A DNA stretch of 64,000 nucleotides from the sequence record DRR723986_1328; one strand, written 5' to 3'. The notes beneath the pieces were generated by a model. That model was not told where the DNA came from and did no database searches. It worked only from the letters and a program-made list of their open reading frames with translations. Numbering within the stretch: position 1 is the first letter of the stretch; each line of letters begins with the position of its first letter. The position numbers were made by a program, and so were the translations under genes. Positions 19,265 to 29,874 of this stretch are shown piece after piece.

Positions 19265-20530
19265 TTATGCGGCAACTTTGCGGAAGACAAGCGAGGCATT
19301 TGTGCCGCCGAAGCCGAACGAGTTCGAAAGGGCGACATTGATATCCAGCTTCTTCGGCTTGTGCGGCACCAAGTCGATAACCGTCTCGACAGACGGGTTA
19401 TCGAGGTTGATCGTCGGCGGAGCCATACCGTCACGCATGGCCAGAACCGAGAAAATGGCCTCGACCGCACCAGCAGCACCGAGAAGGTGACCGATGGAAG
19501 ACTTGGTCGACGACATTGTCAGATCGGCGGCATGTTCTCCCGCAAGCCGGGTGACAGCGCCAAGTTCGATCTCGTCGCCAAGCGGCGTCGAAGTTCCATG
19601 AGCATTCACATAGTCGATGTCGGCCGGCGTGACCTGGGCGCGCTTCAGCGCAGCTTCCATGCAACGGTAGGCACCATCGCCATCGGAGGACGGAGCGGTG
19701 ATGTGATAAGCATCGCCGGACAAGCCGTAACCGATGATCTCACCGTAGATCTTTGCGCCGCGGCGAACTGCATGCTCGTATTCTTCGAGCACGACGACAC
19801 CGGCACCTTCGCCCATCACAAAGCCGTCGCGGGCGACGTCGTAAGGGCGGGAACCTTTTTCGGGAGTGTCGTTGAAAGCCGTGGAAAGCGCACGGCAGGC
19901 AGCAAAGCCCGCGAGTGCAAGACGACAGACCGGAGATTCCGTACCGCCGGCAACCATGACATCCGCATCACCGAAGGCAATCAACCGCGATGCATCGCCA
20001 ATGGCGTGCGCGCCGGTCGAACACGCCGTCACGACAGCGTGGTTCGGGCCCTTCAGGCTGTGACGGATCGAGACATACCCGCCGGCAAGGTTGATCAGAC
20101 GGCCAGGAATGAAAAACGGAGAAATGCGGCGCGGGCCTTTTTCGGCCAGCAGATTGGCGCCCTGCTCGATGCCCTGAAGACCACCGATGCCGGAGCCGAT
20201 CAAAACGCCAGAGCGCACCTGTTGTTCGTAAGTCTCGGCCTTGTAGCCGGAATCGGCCATCGCCTGATCGGCAGCTGCCATCGCGTAGACGATGAAATCA
20301 TCGACCTTGCGCTGTTCCTTGACGTCCATCCAGTCATCCGGATTGAACGCGCCTTCAACGGACGAGTCACGCGGGATCTGACATGCGATCTGGCAGGCCA
20401 GATCGTCAACTTTGAAATTCGTGACCTTGTTGGCCCCGCTCTGTCCTTCAAGGATCTTTTTCCAAGTGACATCGACACCACAGCCAAGCGGCGTCACCAT
20501 GCCCAACCCAGTTACGACAACTCGCCTCAT
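19265..20530 (-). CDS. fabF: 3-oxoacyl-ACP synthase II
   Basis: MRRVVVTGLG, VTACSTG, NAHGTST, KSSIGHLLGAAG, NSFGFGGTN. Confidence 0.96.
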   Translation of the reverse strand: MRRVVVTGLGMVTPLGCGVDVTWKKILEGQSGANKVTNFKVDDLACQIACQIPRDSSVEGAFNPDDWMDVKEQRKVDDFIVYAMAAADQAMADSGYKAETYEQQVRSGVLIGSGIGGLQGIEQGANLLAEKGPRRISPFFIPGRLINLAGGYVSIRHSLKGPNHAVVTACSTGAHAIGDASRLIAFGDADVMVAGGTESPVCRLALAGFAACRALSTAFNDTPEKGSRPYDVARDGFVMGEGAGVVVLEEYEHAVRRGAKIYGEIIGYGLSGDAYHITAPSSDGDGAYRCMEAALKRAQVTPADIDYVNAHGTSTPLGDEIELGAVTRLAGEHAADLTMSSTKSSIGHLLGAAGAVEAIFSVLAMRDGMAPPTINLDNPSVETVIDLVPHKPKKLDINVALSNSFGFGGTNASLVFRKVAA

Positions 20531-20614
20531 ACACCCGCACTTACGTTGGAAGGGCCAGGCGGGGTTTCGCCCCGCCGGCCCGATCTTCAAACATTCACAA
20601 GAAAGGGGTTACCC

Positions 20615-20848
20615 TTACTTGTTGGCTTCCAGGAATTTGACAGCATCGCCAACGGTCAGGATGGTTTCTGCTGCGGTGTCCGGGATTTCTACGCCGAATT
20701 CTTCTTCGAACGCCATGACCAGCTCGACCGTGTCAAGGCTGTCTGCGCCCAGGTCGTCGATGAAGCTTGCACCTTCAACAACTTTGTCAGCATCTACGCC
20801 GAGGTGCTCAACGACGATTTTCTTTACCCGATCCGCGATATCGCTCAT
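20615..20848 (-). CDS. acpP: Acyl carrier protein
   Basis: [20 protein letters not shown]. Confidence 0.98.
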   Translation of the reverse strand: MSDIADRVKKIVVEHLGVDADKVVEGASFIDDLGADSLDTVELVMAFEEEFGVEIPDTAAETILTVGDAVKFLEANK

Positions 20849-21093
20849 CTTTCACTTCCTTAGTTTTCATCTATTCGTCACTCGCGAAACTGCCCCCATC
20901 CGGTTTGCAAACAAGCGGTGGCGCGAACTCGCGGTCTTTAAGATGTCGCCGCACACCAGGCCAGTTTATTTGGCCAACTGTGCAATTCGAAACAATCGGC
21001 GGGTTGGTAACACACTTTGTTGACCTTTACCAGCCGATCCAGACCGCTTGTGAGCGGCCCGGATTCTTTTTGCCTGCTCGGCAAAAATTCCTT

Positions 21094-21831
21094 TTAAATC
21101 ATAGCCATGCCGCCATTAACGTGCAGGGTCTGCCCGGTCACGTAAGCGGCTTCATCGCTGGCCAGGTAGACGGCGGCTGCGGCAATCTCTGCGGAAGTGC
21201 CCAAACGCCCTGCAGGCACGCTCGTCAAAATCGATTCTTTTTGCTTGTCGTTCAGCGCATCGGTCATTGCCGTTTCGATGAAACCGGGCGCAATCGTATT
21301 GACCGTGATGTTGCGGCTGGCGACTTCCCGGGCAAGTGACTTGTACATGCCGATCATGCCGGCCTTGGCTGCCGCATAATTGACCTGACCGGGGTTTCCG
21401 GTGACACCGACGACGGACGTGATGCCGACGATGCGGCCGGACCGACGCTTCATCATGCCCTTGATTGCGGCGCGGCACAGACGGAAGCCGGACGACAGGT
21501 TCACTTCCAGAACCTGATCCCACTCTTCATCCTTCATGCGCATGAAGATGTTGTCGCGCGTGATCCCGGCATTGTTCACCAGGATGTCGACAGAGCCCAT
21601 TTTCTCTTCAGCCGCCGGCAACAAGGCATCAACAGCCGCGCGGTCGGACAGATTGGCCGGTGTCACATAGGCGCGTTCGCCGAGATCAGCAGCAAGCGCT
21701 TCCAGTTTTTCAGCCCGCGTGCCGGACAAGGAGACGGTTGCGCCCTGTGCATGGAGCGACCGGGCGATTGCTTCGCCGATCCCACCGGTAGCACCGGTGA
21801 CAAGCGCGTTTTTCCCTTCCAAGCTGAACAT
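21094..21831 (-). CDS. fabG: 3-oxoacyl-ACP reductase
   Basis: TGATGGIG, NNAGITRD, NYAAAKAG, APGFIET; between fabD and acpP. Confidence 0.96.
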   Translation of the reverse strand: MFSLEGKNALVTGATGGIGEAIARSLHAQGATVSLSGTRAEKLEALAADLGERAYVTPANLSDRAAVDALLPAAEEKMGSVDILVNNAGITRDNIFMRMKDEEWDQVLEVNLSSGFRLCRAAIKGMMKRRSGRIVGITSVVGVTGNPGQVNYAAAKAGMIGMYKSLAREVASRNITVNTIAPGFIETAMTDALNDKQKESILTSVPAGRLGTSAEIAAAAVYLASDEAAYVTGQTLHVNGGMAMI

Positions 21832-21900
21832 TCGGGATCCTTCCATTGTTCCTGTTTGGGTCCGCGGCGGACCAAATCGTCGCCTCGGCCGATATAAGCC

Positions 21901-22845
21901 TTATCCGGAGATCTTTTCCATAAGGGCGTCGATGTCTTCCGGAGAATTGACCGCCATGCCGGTGGCTTCCTTGGCGATCCGCTTGACCATGCCGGTCAGC
22001 ACCTTGCCTGTCCCAACCTCGACAAAGGTGTCGACACCGTTGTCGGCAAGCCAGGTGATGCTTTCGCGCCAACGCACGGTACCGGTCACCTGCTGAACAA
22101 GACGATCGCGAATTTCATTTGCGTCAGCGATCGGGCGCGCCAGCACGTTTGCGACCAGCGGCACGACAGGAGAGCGAATTTCGGCATTCGCCAGAGCTTC
22201 GGCCATCTTGTCGGCAGCCGGGCCCATCAGGGAACAATGGAACGGTGCGCTGACCGGCAGCATCACCGCACGGCGCGCGCCCCTGGCCTTGGCAATCTCG
22301 ACGGCGCGCTCGACGGCGGCCAGATGCCCGGAAACAACCACCTGCCCCGGCGCGTTGTCGTTCGCGGCCTGGCAGACTTCGCCCTGTGCGGCAGCCTCGG
22401 CCACTTCTGCGGCAACATCAAACTCCAGCCCGAGCAACGCAGCCATTGCACCCTGACCGGCCGGAACCGCATCCTGCATGGCATCTCCGCGCACGCGCAG
22501 GAGCTTTGCAGCGGTCGCAATATCCAGGCTGCCGGCAGCAGCCAGCGCGGAATATTCACCAAGAGAATGTCCTGCGACAAAGGAAACACTGCCGGCAAGG
22601 TCGAGGCCGCGGGCTTCCAGAACGCGCATGGTCGCAAGGCTGACCGCCATAAGTGCAGGCTGAGCATTTGCTGTCAGTGTCAGCGTTTCTTCCGGACCAG
22701 TCCACATGACATCGGACAGCTTCTGGCCAAGCGCCTCGTCGACTTCGTCGAAAACGGCTTTTGCTTCCGGGAACGCATCGGCAAGGGCTTTACCCATTCC
22801 AACGCCCTGACTGCCCTGGCCGGGAAATGTGAATGCAATGGTCAT
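21901..22845 (-). CDS. fabD: Malonyl-CoA:ACP transacylase
   Basis: FPGQGSQ, AQPAL, GHSLGEYS, VSAPFHC, VRWRES; GGAGG RBS. Confidence 0.96.
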   Translation of the reverse strand: MTIAFTFPGQGSQGVGMGKALADAFPEAKAVFDEVDEALGQKLSDVMWTGPEETLTLTANAQPALMAVSLATMRVLEARGLDLAGSVSFVAGHSLGEYSALAAAGSLDIATAAKLLRVRGDAMQDAVPAGQGAMAALLGLEFDVAAEVAEAAAQGEVCQAANDNAPGQVVVSGHLAAVERAVEIAKARGARRAVMLPVSAPFHCSLMGPAADKMAEALANAEIRSPVVPLVANVLARPIADANEIRDRLVQQVTGTVRWRESITWLADNGVDTFVEVGTGKVLTGMVKRIAKEATGMAVNSPEDIDALMEKISG

Positions 22846-23349
22846 CTGGAAACGCCTCCGTGACTCGTGAGCGGACCTTGTTGTTCTTATAGCGAAAGGT
22901 CGACGGCTTATTAGAAAGCGGAGAAGACAGCCCGTGCAGGCTGAAATCGAACTTGGCGCGAGGCTATGATACGGTCTTGACCGAACTGTCAAGGCCCACA
23001 GGGCAATCATTTCCGCATTTCGAGCGGTTTTGCCGGTTTTCCTTTATCCTGATTATCCCTGAAATGCCCGGCAACCCGATGGGCATTGTTTTGCGCGCGA
23101 AACCGGTCCTCCCCTTACCTGCTTCGGGAAATCGATATATATAGACAGTCAGGCAATCTTCCAAATCGGCAGCGTTCGTATCTTCTCCCGATTTTCGATC
23201 CTTTCGGAAGTATGCTGCTTGCAATTTCCGCAAAACAGAGTATAGAGCGCGCTTCATCCGGGGTTTGGCCGGGGGCTGAACGGAAGGGCATGACGCCAGG
23301 ATCCTTGATCGGATCCGACTTCCCGTGTTCCCGCTCTCGTTAGAATTCT

Positions 23350-23420
23350 CGTGCCTTTCCGGGGCTACGAGGAGGCTCTGCGCCGATCCCGCGTTGTTAA
23401 CACGAAGAAAGGCTATTTCC
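23350..23420 (+). ncRNA. Putative rpsF leader (S6:S18-binding cis-regulatory RNA)
   Basis: GCCTTTC (23353-23359) can pair with the SD region GAAAGGC (23407-23413); adjacent CCG at 23359-23361, as in the known motif. Confidence 0.5.
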
Positions 23421-23867
23421 ATGCCTCTTTACGAGCACGTATTCCTGGCTCGCCAGGACGTTTCGGCCCAGCAGGTCGAACAACTCGTCGAACAGTACAA
23501 GGGCCTCATCGAAGGCGCTGGCGGTACTATCGGCAAGGTGGAAAACTGGGGTCTGCGTTCCCTCGCATACCGCATCAAGAAGAACCGCAAGGCTCACTAC
23601 ACCCTCATGAACATCAACGCTCCGCACGCCGCGGTTGCCGAGATGGAACGTCAGATGGGTCTGAGCGAAGACGTTCTGCGTTTCATGACCTTCAAGGTCG
23701 ATGAACTCGACGAAGAGCCGTCTGCAATGATGCAGAAGCGCGACCGTGACGACCGCCGTGGTGGCGATCGTGGTGGCCGCTTTGGTGGTGGCGATCGCGG
23801 CGGTGACCGCGGTGGACGCGGTGGCGACCGCGGTGAGCGCGCTCCGCGCCGCGCAGAAGGGGAGTAA
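23421..23867 (+). CDS. rpsF: 30S ribosomal protein S6
   Basis: [31 protein letters not shown]. Confidence 0.98.
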   Translation: MPLYEHVFLARQDVSAQQVEQLVEQYKGLIEGAGGTIGKVENWGLRSLAYRIKKNRKAHYTLMNINAPHAAVAEMERQMGLSEDVLRFMTFKVDELDEEPSAMMQKRDRDDRRGGDRGGRFGGGDRGGDRGGRGGDRGERAPRRAEGE

Positions 23868-23872
23868 GATTG

Positions 23873-24121
23873 ATGGTTGATATTGCACAGCTCCCGAGCC
23901 GCCGTCCGTTCTTCCGTCGCCGGAAGACCTGCCCGTTCTCCGGCACCAACGCGCCGAAGATCGATTACAAGGACATCCGTCTGCTGCAGCGCTATATTTC
24001 CGAGCGCGGCAAGATTGTTCCGAGCCGCATCACCGCGGTTTCCGCGAAGAAGCAGCGTGAACTGGCCCGTGCGATCAAGCGCGCCCGCCTGCTCGGCCTG
24101 CTGCCGTTCGTGATCAGCTAA
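23873..24121 (+). CDS. rpsR: 30S ribosomal protein S18
   Basis: [38 protein letters not shown]. Confidence 0.98.
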   Translation: MVDIAQLPSRRPFFRRRKTCPFSGTNAPKIDYKDIRLLQRYISERGKIVPSRITAVSAKKQRELARAIKRARLLGLLPFVIS

Positions 24122-24237
24122 GCGTTTCTCGAAAATCTTGAGACGTTTCTTTCGGGGCTTCCCGGAAGACCCGAATTGGGGCCGCGGGCAAACGGCCTCT
24201 AACCATCCTCAACGGGTGGGACAGTAGGAGAAATGAC

Positions 24238-24822
24238 ATGCAAGTTATCCTTCTTGAGCGTATCGCCAAGCTCGGCCAGATGGGCGACACCGTTCGCGTA
24301 CGCGACGGCTATGCCCGTAACTTCCTGCTGCCGCAGGGCAAGGCACTGCGCGCCAACAAGTCGAACCTCGAGCGTTTTGAGCGTGAGCGCGTTCAGCTCG
24401 AAGCTCGTAACCTTGAGCGCAAGAACGAAGCTGAAGGCGTTGCCTCCAAGCTCGACGGCGAATCCCTTGTGATGATCCGTTCCGCTGGTGAAACCGGCCA
24501 GCTCTACGGTTCCGTTTCCACGCGCGATATTGCTGACGGCCTGACCAATGCCGGCTTCTCCGTTTCCCGCAGCCAGGTTGAACTGCGCAACCCGATCAAG
24601 ACGATCGGTCTGCACAGCGTTCTGATCCAGCTGCACCCGGAAGTCGAAGTCGCCATCAGCGTCAACGTTGCCCGTTCTGAAGACGAAGCTGTCCGTCAGG
24701 CTGCCGGCGAAGATCTCTCCACGCCGGAAATGGACGTCTTCGAATTCGAAGAAGACGAAGAAGCAGAAGACACCGAAGAAGGTGCAGAAGCTTCCGAAGA
24801 AGCAGCGGAAGAAGAAGCTTAA
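24238..24822 (+). CDS. rplI: 50S ribosomal protein L9
   Basis: [29 protein letters not shown]; acidic tail. Confidence 0.98.
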   Translation: MQVILLERIAKLGQMGDTVRVRDGYARNFLLPQGKALRANKSNLERFERERVQLEARNLERKNEAEGVASKLDGESLVMIRSAGETGQLYGSVSTRDIADGLTNAGFSVSRSQVELRNPIKTIGLHSVLIQLHPEVEVAISVNVARSEDEAVRQAAGEDLSTPEMDVFEFEEDEEAEDTEEGAEASEEAAEEEA

Positions 24823-24848
24823 GCACTTCGCTTCCCTTGTGGACTTTA

Positions 24849-24880
24849 GAAAACGGCGCTGGCTTCAGCGCCGTTTTTTT
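24849..24880 (+). terminator. Rho-independent terminator of rpsF-rpsR-rplI
   Basis: AAAACGGCGCTG-gctt-CAGCGCCGTTTTTT. Confidence 0.9.
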
Positions 24881-24973
24881 GTTTGCCGGCAACTTTTTGG
24901 AATGATGGCAAGCCACGCCTAATCCTGGCTTTTCAGTTTCCGGTTTAAGGCCTTGAAACTGCTCGAAAATTCA

Positions 24974-24988
24974 TTAACCAGCTATTAA
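24974..24988. promoter_or_regulatory. CtrA-type box upstream of dnaB
   Basis: TTAA-ccagcta-TTAA. Confidence 0.6.
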
Positions 24989-25187
24989 TCTTCTCGAAAA
25001 TATCATAAATTTCAATAACTAAGAGGTAGGCCCTTGAGTCTTCAATCGAGTTCAGAGTCAAGCTGGATTCGATTCTTTCCCCGCTGATTTGTCCAAGCCG
25101 GTGGGAATCGAAATCAGCCATTTTTGAACCTTGAGCCCTCCCCCGTCACAGAGTATTCCCAATGAACTTGGGTCAACGGGGGTCGTT

Positions 25188-26672
25188 ATGAAGGGCACGC
25201 TACAGAAGGTCGAAACGGAAGAAGACATCCAGCGCTTGGCACCACACAATGCCGAGGCGGAACGTCAGCTTCTGGGAGCGATTCTCGTTAACAACGAGAC
25301 GTTCTACCGGGTCTCAGACTTTCTGGAACCACATCATTTTTTCGTGCCTGCTCACCAGGATATCTACGAGAAGATCAGCCATCTGATCCGCGCCGGCAAA
25401 ACCGCGTCGCCAATCACGCTGAAGACCTTCTATCCCGCCAACGCGAAGATTGCGGATCTGTCCGCGACCCAGTTTCTTCTGCGACTGGCCGGTGATGCCG
25501 CCTCGATCATCAACGCCGAAGACTACGGCCGGACCATCTACGACCTGGCGATCCGTCGCAATCTGATCCGCATCGGCGAGGACATGGTCAATATCGCCTT
25601 CGACGCCCCGATCGATGTGCCCCCCTCCCAGCAGATCGATGATGCCGAGCGCCGCCTGTTCGAACTTGCAGAAACCGGCCGCAGCGAAGGCGGGTTCGTC
25701 GCGTTTGGCGACGCCCTGACCGAAACCATCGAGATGGCGCACGCCGCCTATAACCGCGAAGGTGCCCTTTCCGGTATTTCCACAGGCCTGCGCGAACTGG
25801 ACCGTTTGATGGGTGGTCTGCAGCATTCGGACTTGATCGTGCTTGCCGGTCGTCCCGCGATGGGCAAGACCTCCCTGGCAACCAACATCGCCTACAACAT
25901 CGCCCAGTCTTACAAGTCCGAAGAACAGCCCGACGGCTCGATCAAGACCGTCAACGGCGGCGTTGTCGGCTTCTTCTCTCTGGAAATGTCGGCCGAACAG
26001 CTGGCCACCCGTATCATTTCCGAACAGGCGGAAATCTCGTCCTCGAAAATCCGCCGCGGCGATATCACCGAAGCGGAATTCGAGAAGCTGGCCGCCTGTG
26101 CCCAGACCATGCAGGCCGTCCCGCTTCATGTGGACCAGACCGGTGGTATTTCCATCGCCTCACTGGTTGCCAAGGCACGGCGTCTGAAGCGTCAGCGCGG
26201 TCTCGACCTGCTCGTGGTCGACTATATCCAGCTCTTGTCGGGCTCGAACAAGAACTCCGGCAACCGCGTCCAGGAAATCACCGAAATCACAACGGGTCTG
26301 AAGGCGCTTGCGAAGGAACTTCACGTCCCGATCATCGCGCTGTCACAGCTCTCCCGTCAGGTGGAATCGCGTGACGACAAACGACCGATGATGTCGGATC
26401 TGCGTGAATCAGGCTCCATCGAGCAGGACGCCGACGTGATCCTGTTCGTGTTCCGCGAAGAATATTACCTGTCCAAGACCGAGCCGGAATTCGGAACTGT
26501 CGAACACGAAAACTGGCAACGGGATATGGAGCGGCTCAAAGGCAAGGCAGAAGTCATCATCGCCAAGCAGCGTCACGGCCCGACCGGTACGGCGAACCTG
26601 CACTTCGAAGGCCAGTACACCCGCTTCTCCGATCTTGCCGAAGAAGATCACCTGCCCGAACGCTACGAATAA
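25188..26672 (+). CDS. dnaB: Replicative DNA helicase
   Basis: PHNAEAE, AGRPAMGKT, FSLEMSAEQL, VDYIQL, LSQLSR, DLRESGSIEQDAD, KQRHGPTG; no intein visible. Confidence 0.97.
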   Translation: MKGTLQKVETEEDIQRLAPHNAEAERQLLGAILVNNETFYRVSDFLEPHHFFVPAHQDIYEKISHLIRAGKTASPITLKTFYPANAKIADLSATQFLLRLAGDAASIINAEDYGRTIYDLAIRRNLIRIGEDMVNIAFDAPIDVPPSQQIDDAERRLFELAETGRSEGGFVAFGDALTETIEMAHAAYNREGALSGISTGLRELDRLMGGLQHSDLIVLAGRPAMGKTSLATNIAYNIAQSYKSEEQPDGSIKTVNGGVVGFFSLEMSAEQLATRIISEQAEISSSKIRRGDITEAEFEKLAACAQTMQAVPLHVDQTGGISIASLVAKARRLKRQRGLDLLVVDYIQLLSGSNKNSGNRVQEITEITTGLKALAKELHVPIIALSQLSRQVESRDDKRPMMSDLRESGSIEQDADVILFVFREEYYLSKTEPEFGTVEHENWQRDMERLKGKAEVIIAKQRHGPTGTANLHFEGQYTRFSDLAEEDHLPERYE

Positions 26673-26798
26673 CAGGCGTCTTCGCGATTTTGGACAGTCC
26701 TTGAGACAATGTGCCGCGATAGCCGCCTGATGCCGCATTCAAGCTCTCGTCTGCGGCTCACTTGCGGCATTTGGCAATGGACACGCCGTCGCTCACGA

Positions 26799-26813
26799 TT
26801 AAGCCACTGTTAA
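26799..26813. promoter_or_regulatory. CtrA-type box upstream of the PilZ gene
   Basis: TTAA-gccactg-TTAA. Confidence 0.6.
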
Positions 26814-26875
26814 AACTCCTCACTTACTTTAAGTAGAAAGAATTTCGCCTAAAATCTTTTCCAGGTGACCGCATC

Positions 26876-27151
26876 TTGTATTCGTCGGCACAAAAACTCC
26901 TCGAAGAAGCTCGCATCTTTCCGCGCAAAAGATGCAAGTGGTCCGGCCTTTTGAAGCAGGACGCGACCCATCGCCCCTGCGTGGTCGAAGACATCAGCGT
27001 GGGTGGTTGCCGCGTTGCGACCAACACCAAGGGTCTTGAACGACATCAGCGTATCACCATCGAAATCGAAAGCCGGAAATTGCGGTTTTACGGTGAAATT
27101 CGGTGGGTGCGTTCCGGAGAAGCCGGCGTCGAGTTCCTCTATATGGATTGA
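26876..27151 (+). CDS. Stand-alone PilZ-domain protein
   Basis: RxxxR (RIFPR), DISVGG (DxSxxG), GEIRW...AGVEF; TTG start uncertain. Confidence 0.8.
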   Translation: MYSSAQKLLEEARIFPRKRCKWSGLLKQDATHRPCVVEDISVGGCRVATNTKGLERHQRITIEIESRKLRFYGEIRWVRSGEAGVEFLYMD

Positions 27152-27308
27152 GCTTCCGCTCTTCAGCACACTTCCCGGCGGGAGCGCTGCAGTGCGCTTC
27201 ACTTGGTCACGGTTTTGGCGGTTTGGCCGTTGGTGCAAATGCGCCTCGATGCGATAAGCTCACTCTCGAATTTCAGACATTGATTCTGACTGGAGAGATA
27301 TCCGGACC

Positions 27309-28451
27309 GTGCCTGCGACGATTGAACAAGCCTTCCCATCCGATCTTTACGGCGGACGACTGACGATCGACCTCGATGCGATCGTGTCGAACTGGTCCTT
27401 GCTGAAAGGCAAGGTAAGCGACAGCACCGATTGCGCTGCCGTTCTAAAGGCCGATGCCTATGGAACCGGACAGGACAAAACCGCTGCAGCCCTCTACCAG
27501 GCGGGATGCAGGACGTTTTTCGTCGCGGTGCCGACCGAGGCCCTGACGTTGCGTGCAAGTCTTCCGGACGCCGTCATATACGTGCTCGACGGGCTGTTTC
27601 CGGGAACGGCCGACCACTTCCTGACGCATGACATCCGCCCCGTCCTCGGCAGTCTGGAAGAACTCCTGGAATGGGCGGAAGTCTGCAAGTCGTCGGGCAA
27701 GAACAATGCCGCCGCTGTCCATGTCGATACCGGCATCCACCGTTTGGGCCTGTCTCCGGCTGAACTCACCCGCGCTCTGGGTGACAACGCCGTTCTGGGG
27801 CCGTTCCGGCCATCACTGGTGATGAGCCATCTTGCCTGTGGCTCGACGCCCGATCACGACATGAATCGGCGGCAACTCAAGCTGTTTACAGAGACAACCG
27901 CCCCCTTCCCTCACATTCCGCGGTCATTGGCAAATTCAGCCGGGGTGCTGCTTGGCCCGGACTACCACTTCGACCTTGTCCGTCCCGGGATCGCGCTTTA
28001 CGGCGGGCTAGCCATCGAAACCGAGCCCAACCCGATGAAACCGGTCGCCAAGGTGGAAGCACGCATCATGATCGTGCGCGACGTTCCACAGGGCGATACG
28101 ATCGGCTATGGCGCGAAACAAACCGCAAAGCGCCCTTTGCGCAATGCCGTCGTGGCCGCCGGTTATGCCGATGGCATGATCCGTCGTGCCGGCTCCACGG
28201 ACGACCGCCCGGGTGGCTTCGGGCTGATCGGCGGTTACAAGGCGCCGATCCTCGGCCGGATTTCAATGGACATGATCACGCTCGACGTGACGGATGTGCC
28301 TGAACACCTGCTTCAGCGCGGCGCGTTTGTGGAAATGCTGGGGCCAGGTGTTGCAGCTTCCGATCTTGCCGCTTATGCGGAAACCATCGACTACGAATAT
28401 CTGACAAGCCTCGGACGTCGGTTTGAGCGCGTCTATGCGCCCCTGACCTGA
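27309..28451 (+). CDS. alr: Alanine racemase
   Basis: AVLKADAYG, HVDTGIHRLG, SHLAC, SLANSAG, VRPGIALYG, GRISMD. Confidence 0.96.
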   Translation: MPATIEQAFPSDLYGGRLTIDLDAIVSNWSLLKGKVSDSTDCAAVLKADAYGTGQDKTAAALYQAGCRTFFVAVPTEALTLRASLPDAVIYVLDGLFPGTADHFLTHDIRPVLGSLEELLEWAEVCKSSGKNNAAAVHVDTGIHRLGLSPAELTRALGDNAVLGPFRPSLVMSHLACGSTPDHDMNRRQLKLFTETTAPFPHIPRSLANSAGVLLGPDYHFDLVRPGIALYGGLAIETEPNPMKPVAKVEARIMIVRDVPQGDTIGYGAKQTAKRPLRNAVVAAGYADGMIRRAGSTDDRPGGFGLIGGYKAPILGRISMDMITLDVTDVPEHLLQRGAFVEMLGPGVAASDLAAYAETIDYEYLTSLGRRFERVYAPLT

Positions 28452-28479
28452 CCGGAGCCGAGAGCGAAAGGCAATTTGC

Positions 28480-29874
28480 ATGGCACGGCGCTCCACATCC
28501 TTCGTCTGCCAGTCCTGCGGCGCGGTTACCGCCAAGTGGGTTGGCCGTTGTGAAAGCTGCGGTGAATGGAACACCATCGTGGAGGAGCAGACCGGCGGCG
28601 GCGTCGGTGGTGGGCCCGGCAGGGCTTCCCGCAGCAAGGGCCGTGTCATTCCCCTTGTCGGCCTTTCCGGCGATGCCAAGGAAGCTCCGCGCATCCAGAC
28701 GAAGGTGCCTGAACTTGACCGGGTGACCGGCGGCGGCTTCGTACGAGGGTCTGCCCTGCTGGTCGGCGGCGACCCCGGCATCGGCAAATCCACATTGCTG
28801 ATCCAGGCGGCTGCGCAACTGGCAAACCTCGGGCACAAGACCGTCTATATTTCGGGCGAAGAAGCCATTGGACAGGTTCGGCTCCGGGCCGAAAGGCTGG
28901 GGCTTGCCCAGGCCCCCGTGGCACTGGCTGCGGAAACAAGCGTTGAAGACATTCTGGCGACGCTGGAATCCGACACGGCGCCGGCCCTACTCATCCTCGA
29001 CTCCATTCAGACGCTCTGGACAGACCAGGTGGAATCTCCTCCCGGCACCGTGACGCAGGTGCGTGCGTCCGCCCAAGCGATGGTGCGTTATGCCAAGAAG
29101 AACGGCACCACCCTTGTTCTTGTCGGCCATGTGACCAAGGACGGGCAGATTGCCGGTCCGCGCGTGGTCGAGCACATGGTCGACGCCGTGCTCTATTTCG
29201 AGGGTGACGGCGCTCACCAGTATCGTATCCTGCGCTCGGTCAAGAACCGCTTCGGCGCGACGGATGAAATCGGCGTTTTCGAGATGACCGGCAAGGGACT
29301 GCAGGAAGTCCCCAATCCTTCCGCCCTGTTCCTGGGAGACAGAAACACGTCCGCGCCCGGTGCAGCCGTTTTCGCCGGTCTGGAAGGCTCAAGACCTCTC
29401 CTGATCGAGATCCAGGCACTGGTGGCGCAGTCTTCTCTGGGAACACCGCGCAGGGCCGTCATTGGCTGGGACAGCGCGCGGCTTTCCATGATCCTGGCCG
29501 TGCTTGAGGCACGGTGCGGCGTCCGCTTTTCACAACATGATGTCTATCTGAACGTCGCCGGTGGTCTCAAGATCAACGAGCCTGGAGCCGATCTTGCCGT
29601 GGCAGCAGCGTTAATCTCCTCACTCAGCGGACTTGCCCTTCCGGCCAATTGCGTCTATTTCGGCGAAGTCAGCCTGTCGGGGGCCATCAGGCCGGTCGCC
29701 CAAGCCCCTTCCAGACTGAAAGAAGCCGAGAAACTCGGCTTCGATCAGGCTTACTGTCCGGAGGGCAATCTCAAGGACGGCACCGTGTCTTCGTTCAGGA
29801 CGACAGGCGTGCCGGAACTTGGGGACTTTGTTGCCAAACTTTCGGCGGAGGCTAGTGCTACCGGGCAGACCTGA
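28480..29874 (+). CDS. radA: DNA repair protein RadA/Sms
   Basis: C4 zinc finger, GGDPGIGKST, KNRFG motif, Lon-like C-terminus. Confidence 0.97.
   Translation: MARRSTSFVCQSCGAVTAKWVGRCESCGEWNTIVEEQTGGGVGGGPGRASRSKGRVIPLVGLSGDAKEAPRIQTKVPELDRVTGGGFVRGSALLVGGDPGIGKSTLLIQAAAQLANLGHKTVYISGEEAIGQVRLRAERLGLAQAPVALAAETSVEDILATLESDTAPALLILDSIQTLWTDQVESPPGTVTQVRASAQAMVRYAKKNGTTLVLVGHVTKDGQIAGPRVVEHMVDAVLYFEGDGAHQYRILRSVKNRFGATDEIGVFEMTGKGLQEVPNPSALFLGDRNTSAPGAAVFAGLEGSRPLLIEIQALVAQSSLGTPRRAVIGWDSARLSMILAVLEARCGVRFSQHDVYLNVAGGLKINEPGADLAVAAALISSLSGLALPANCVYFGEVSLSGAIRPVAQAPSRLKEAEKLGFDQAYCPEGNLKDGTVSSFRTTGVPELGDFVAKLSAEASATGQT

Noticed and set aside
19256-20863. 535-aa ORF antisense to fabF-acpP
   Set aside because: Shadow ORF with no recognisable domain; the opposite strand encodes clear FabF and AcpP
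25188-26672. Intein in dnaB
   Set aside because: Length is normal and the helicase motifs are contiguous
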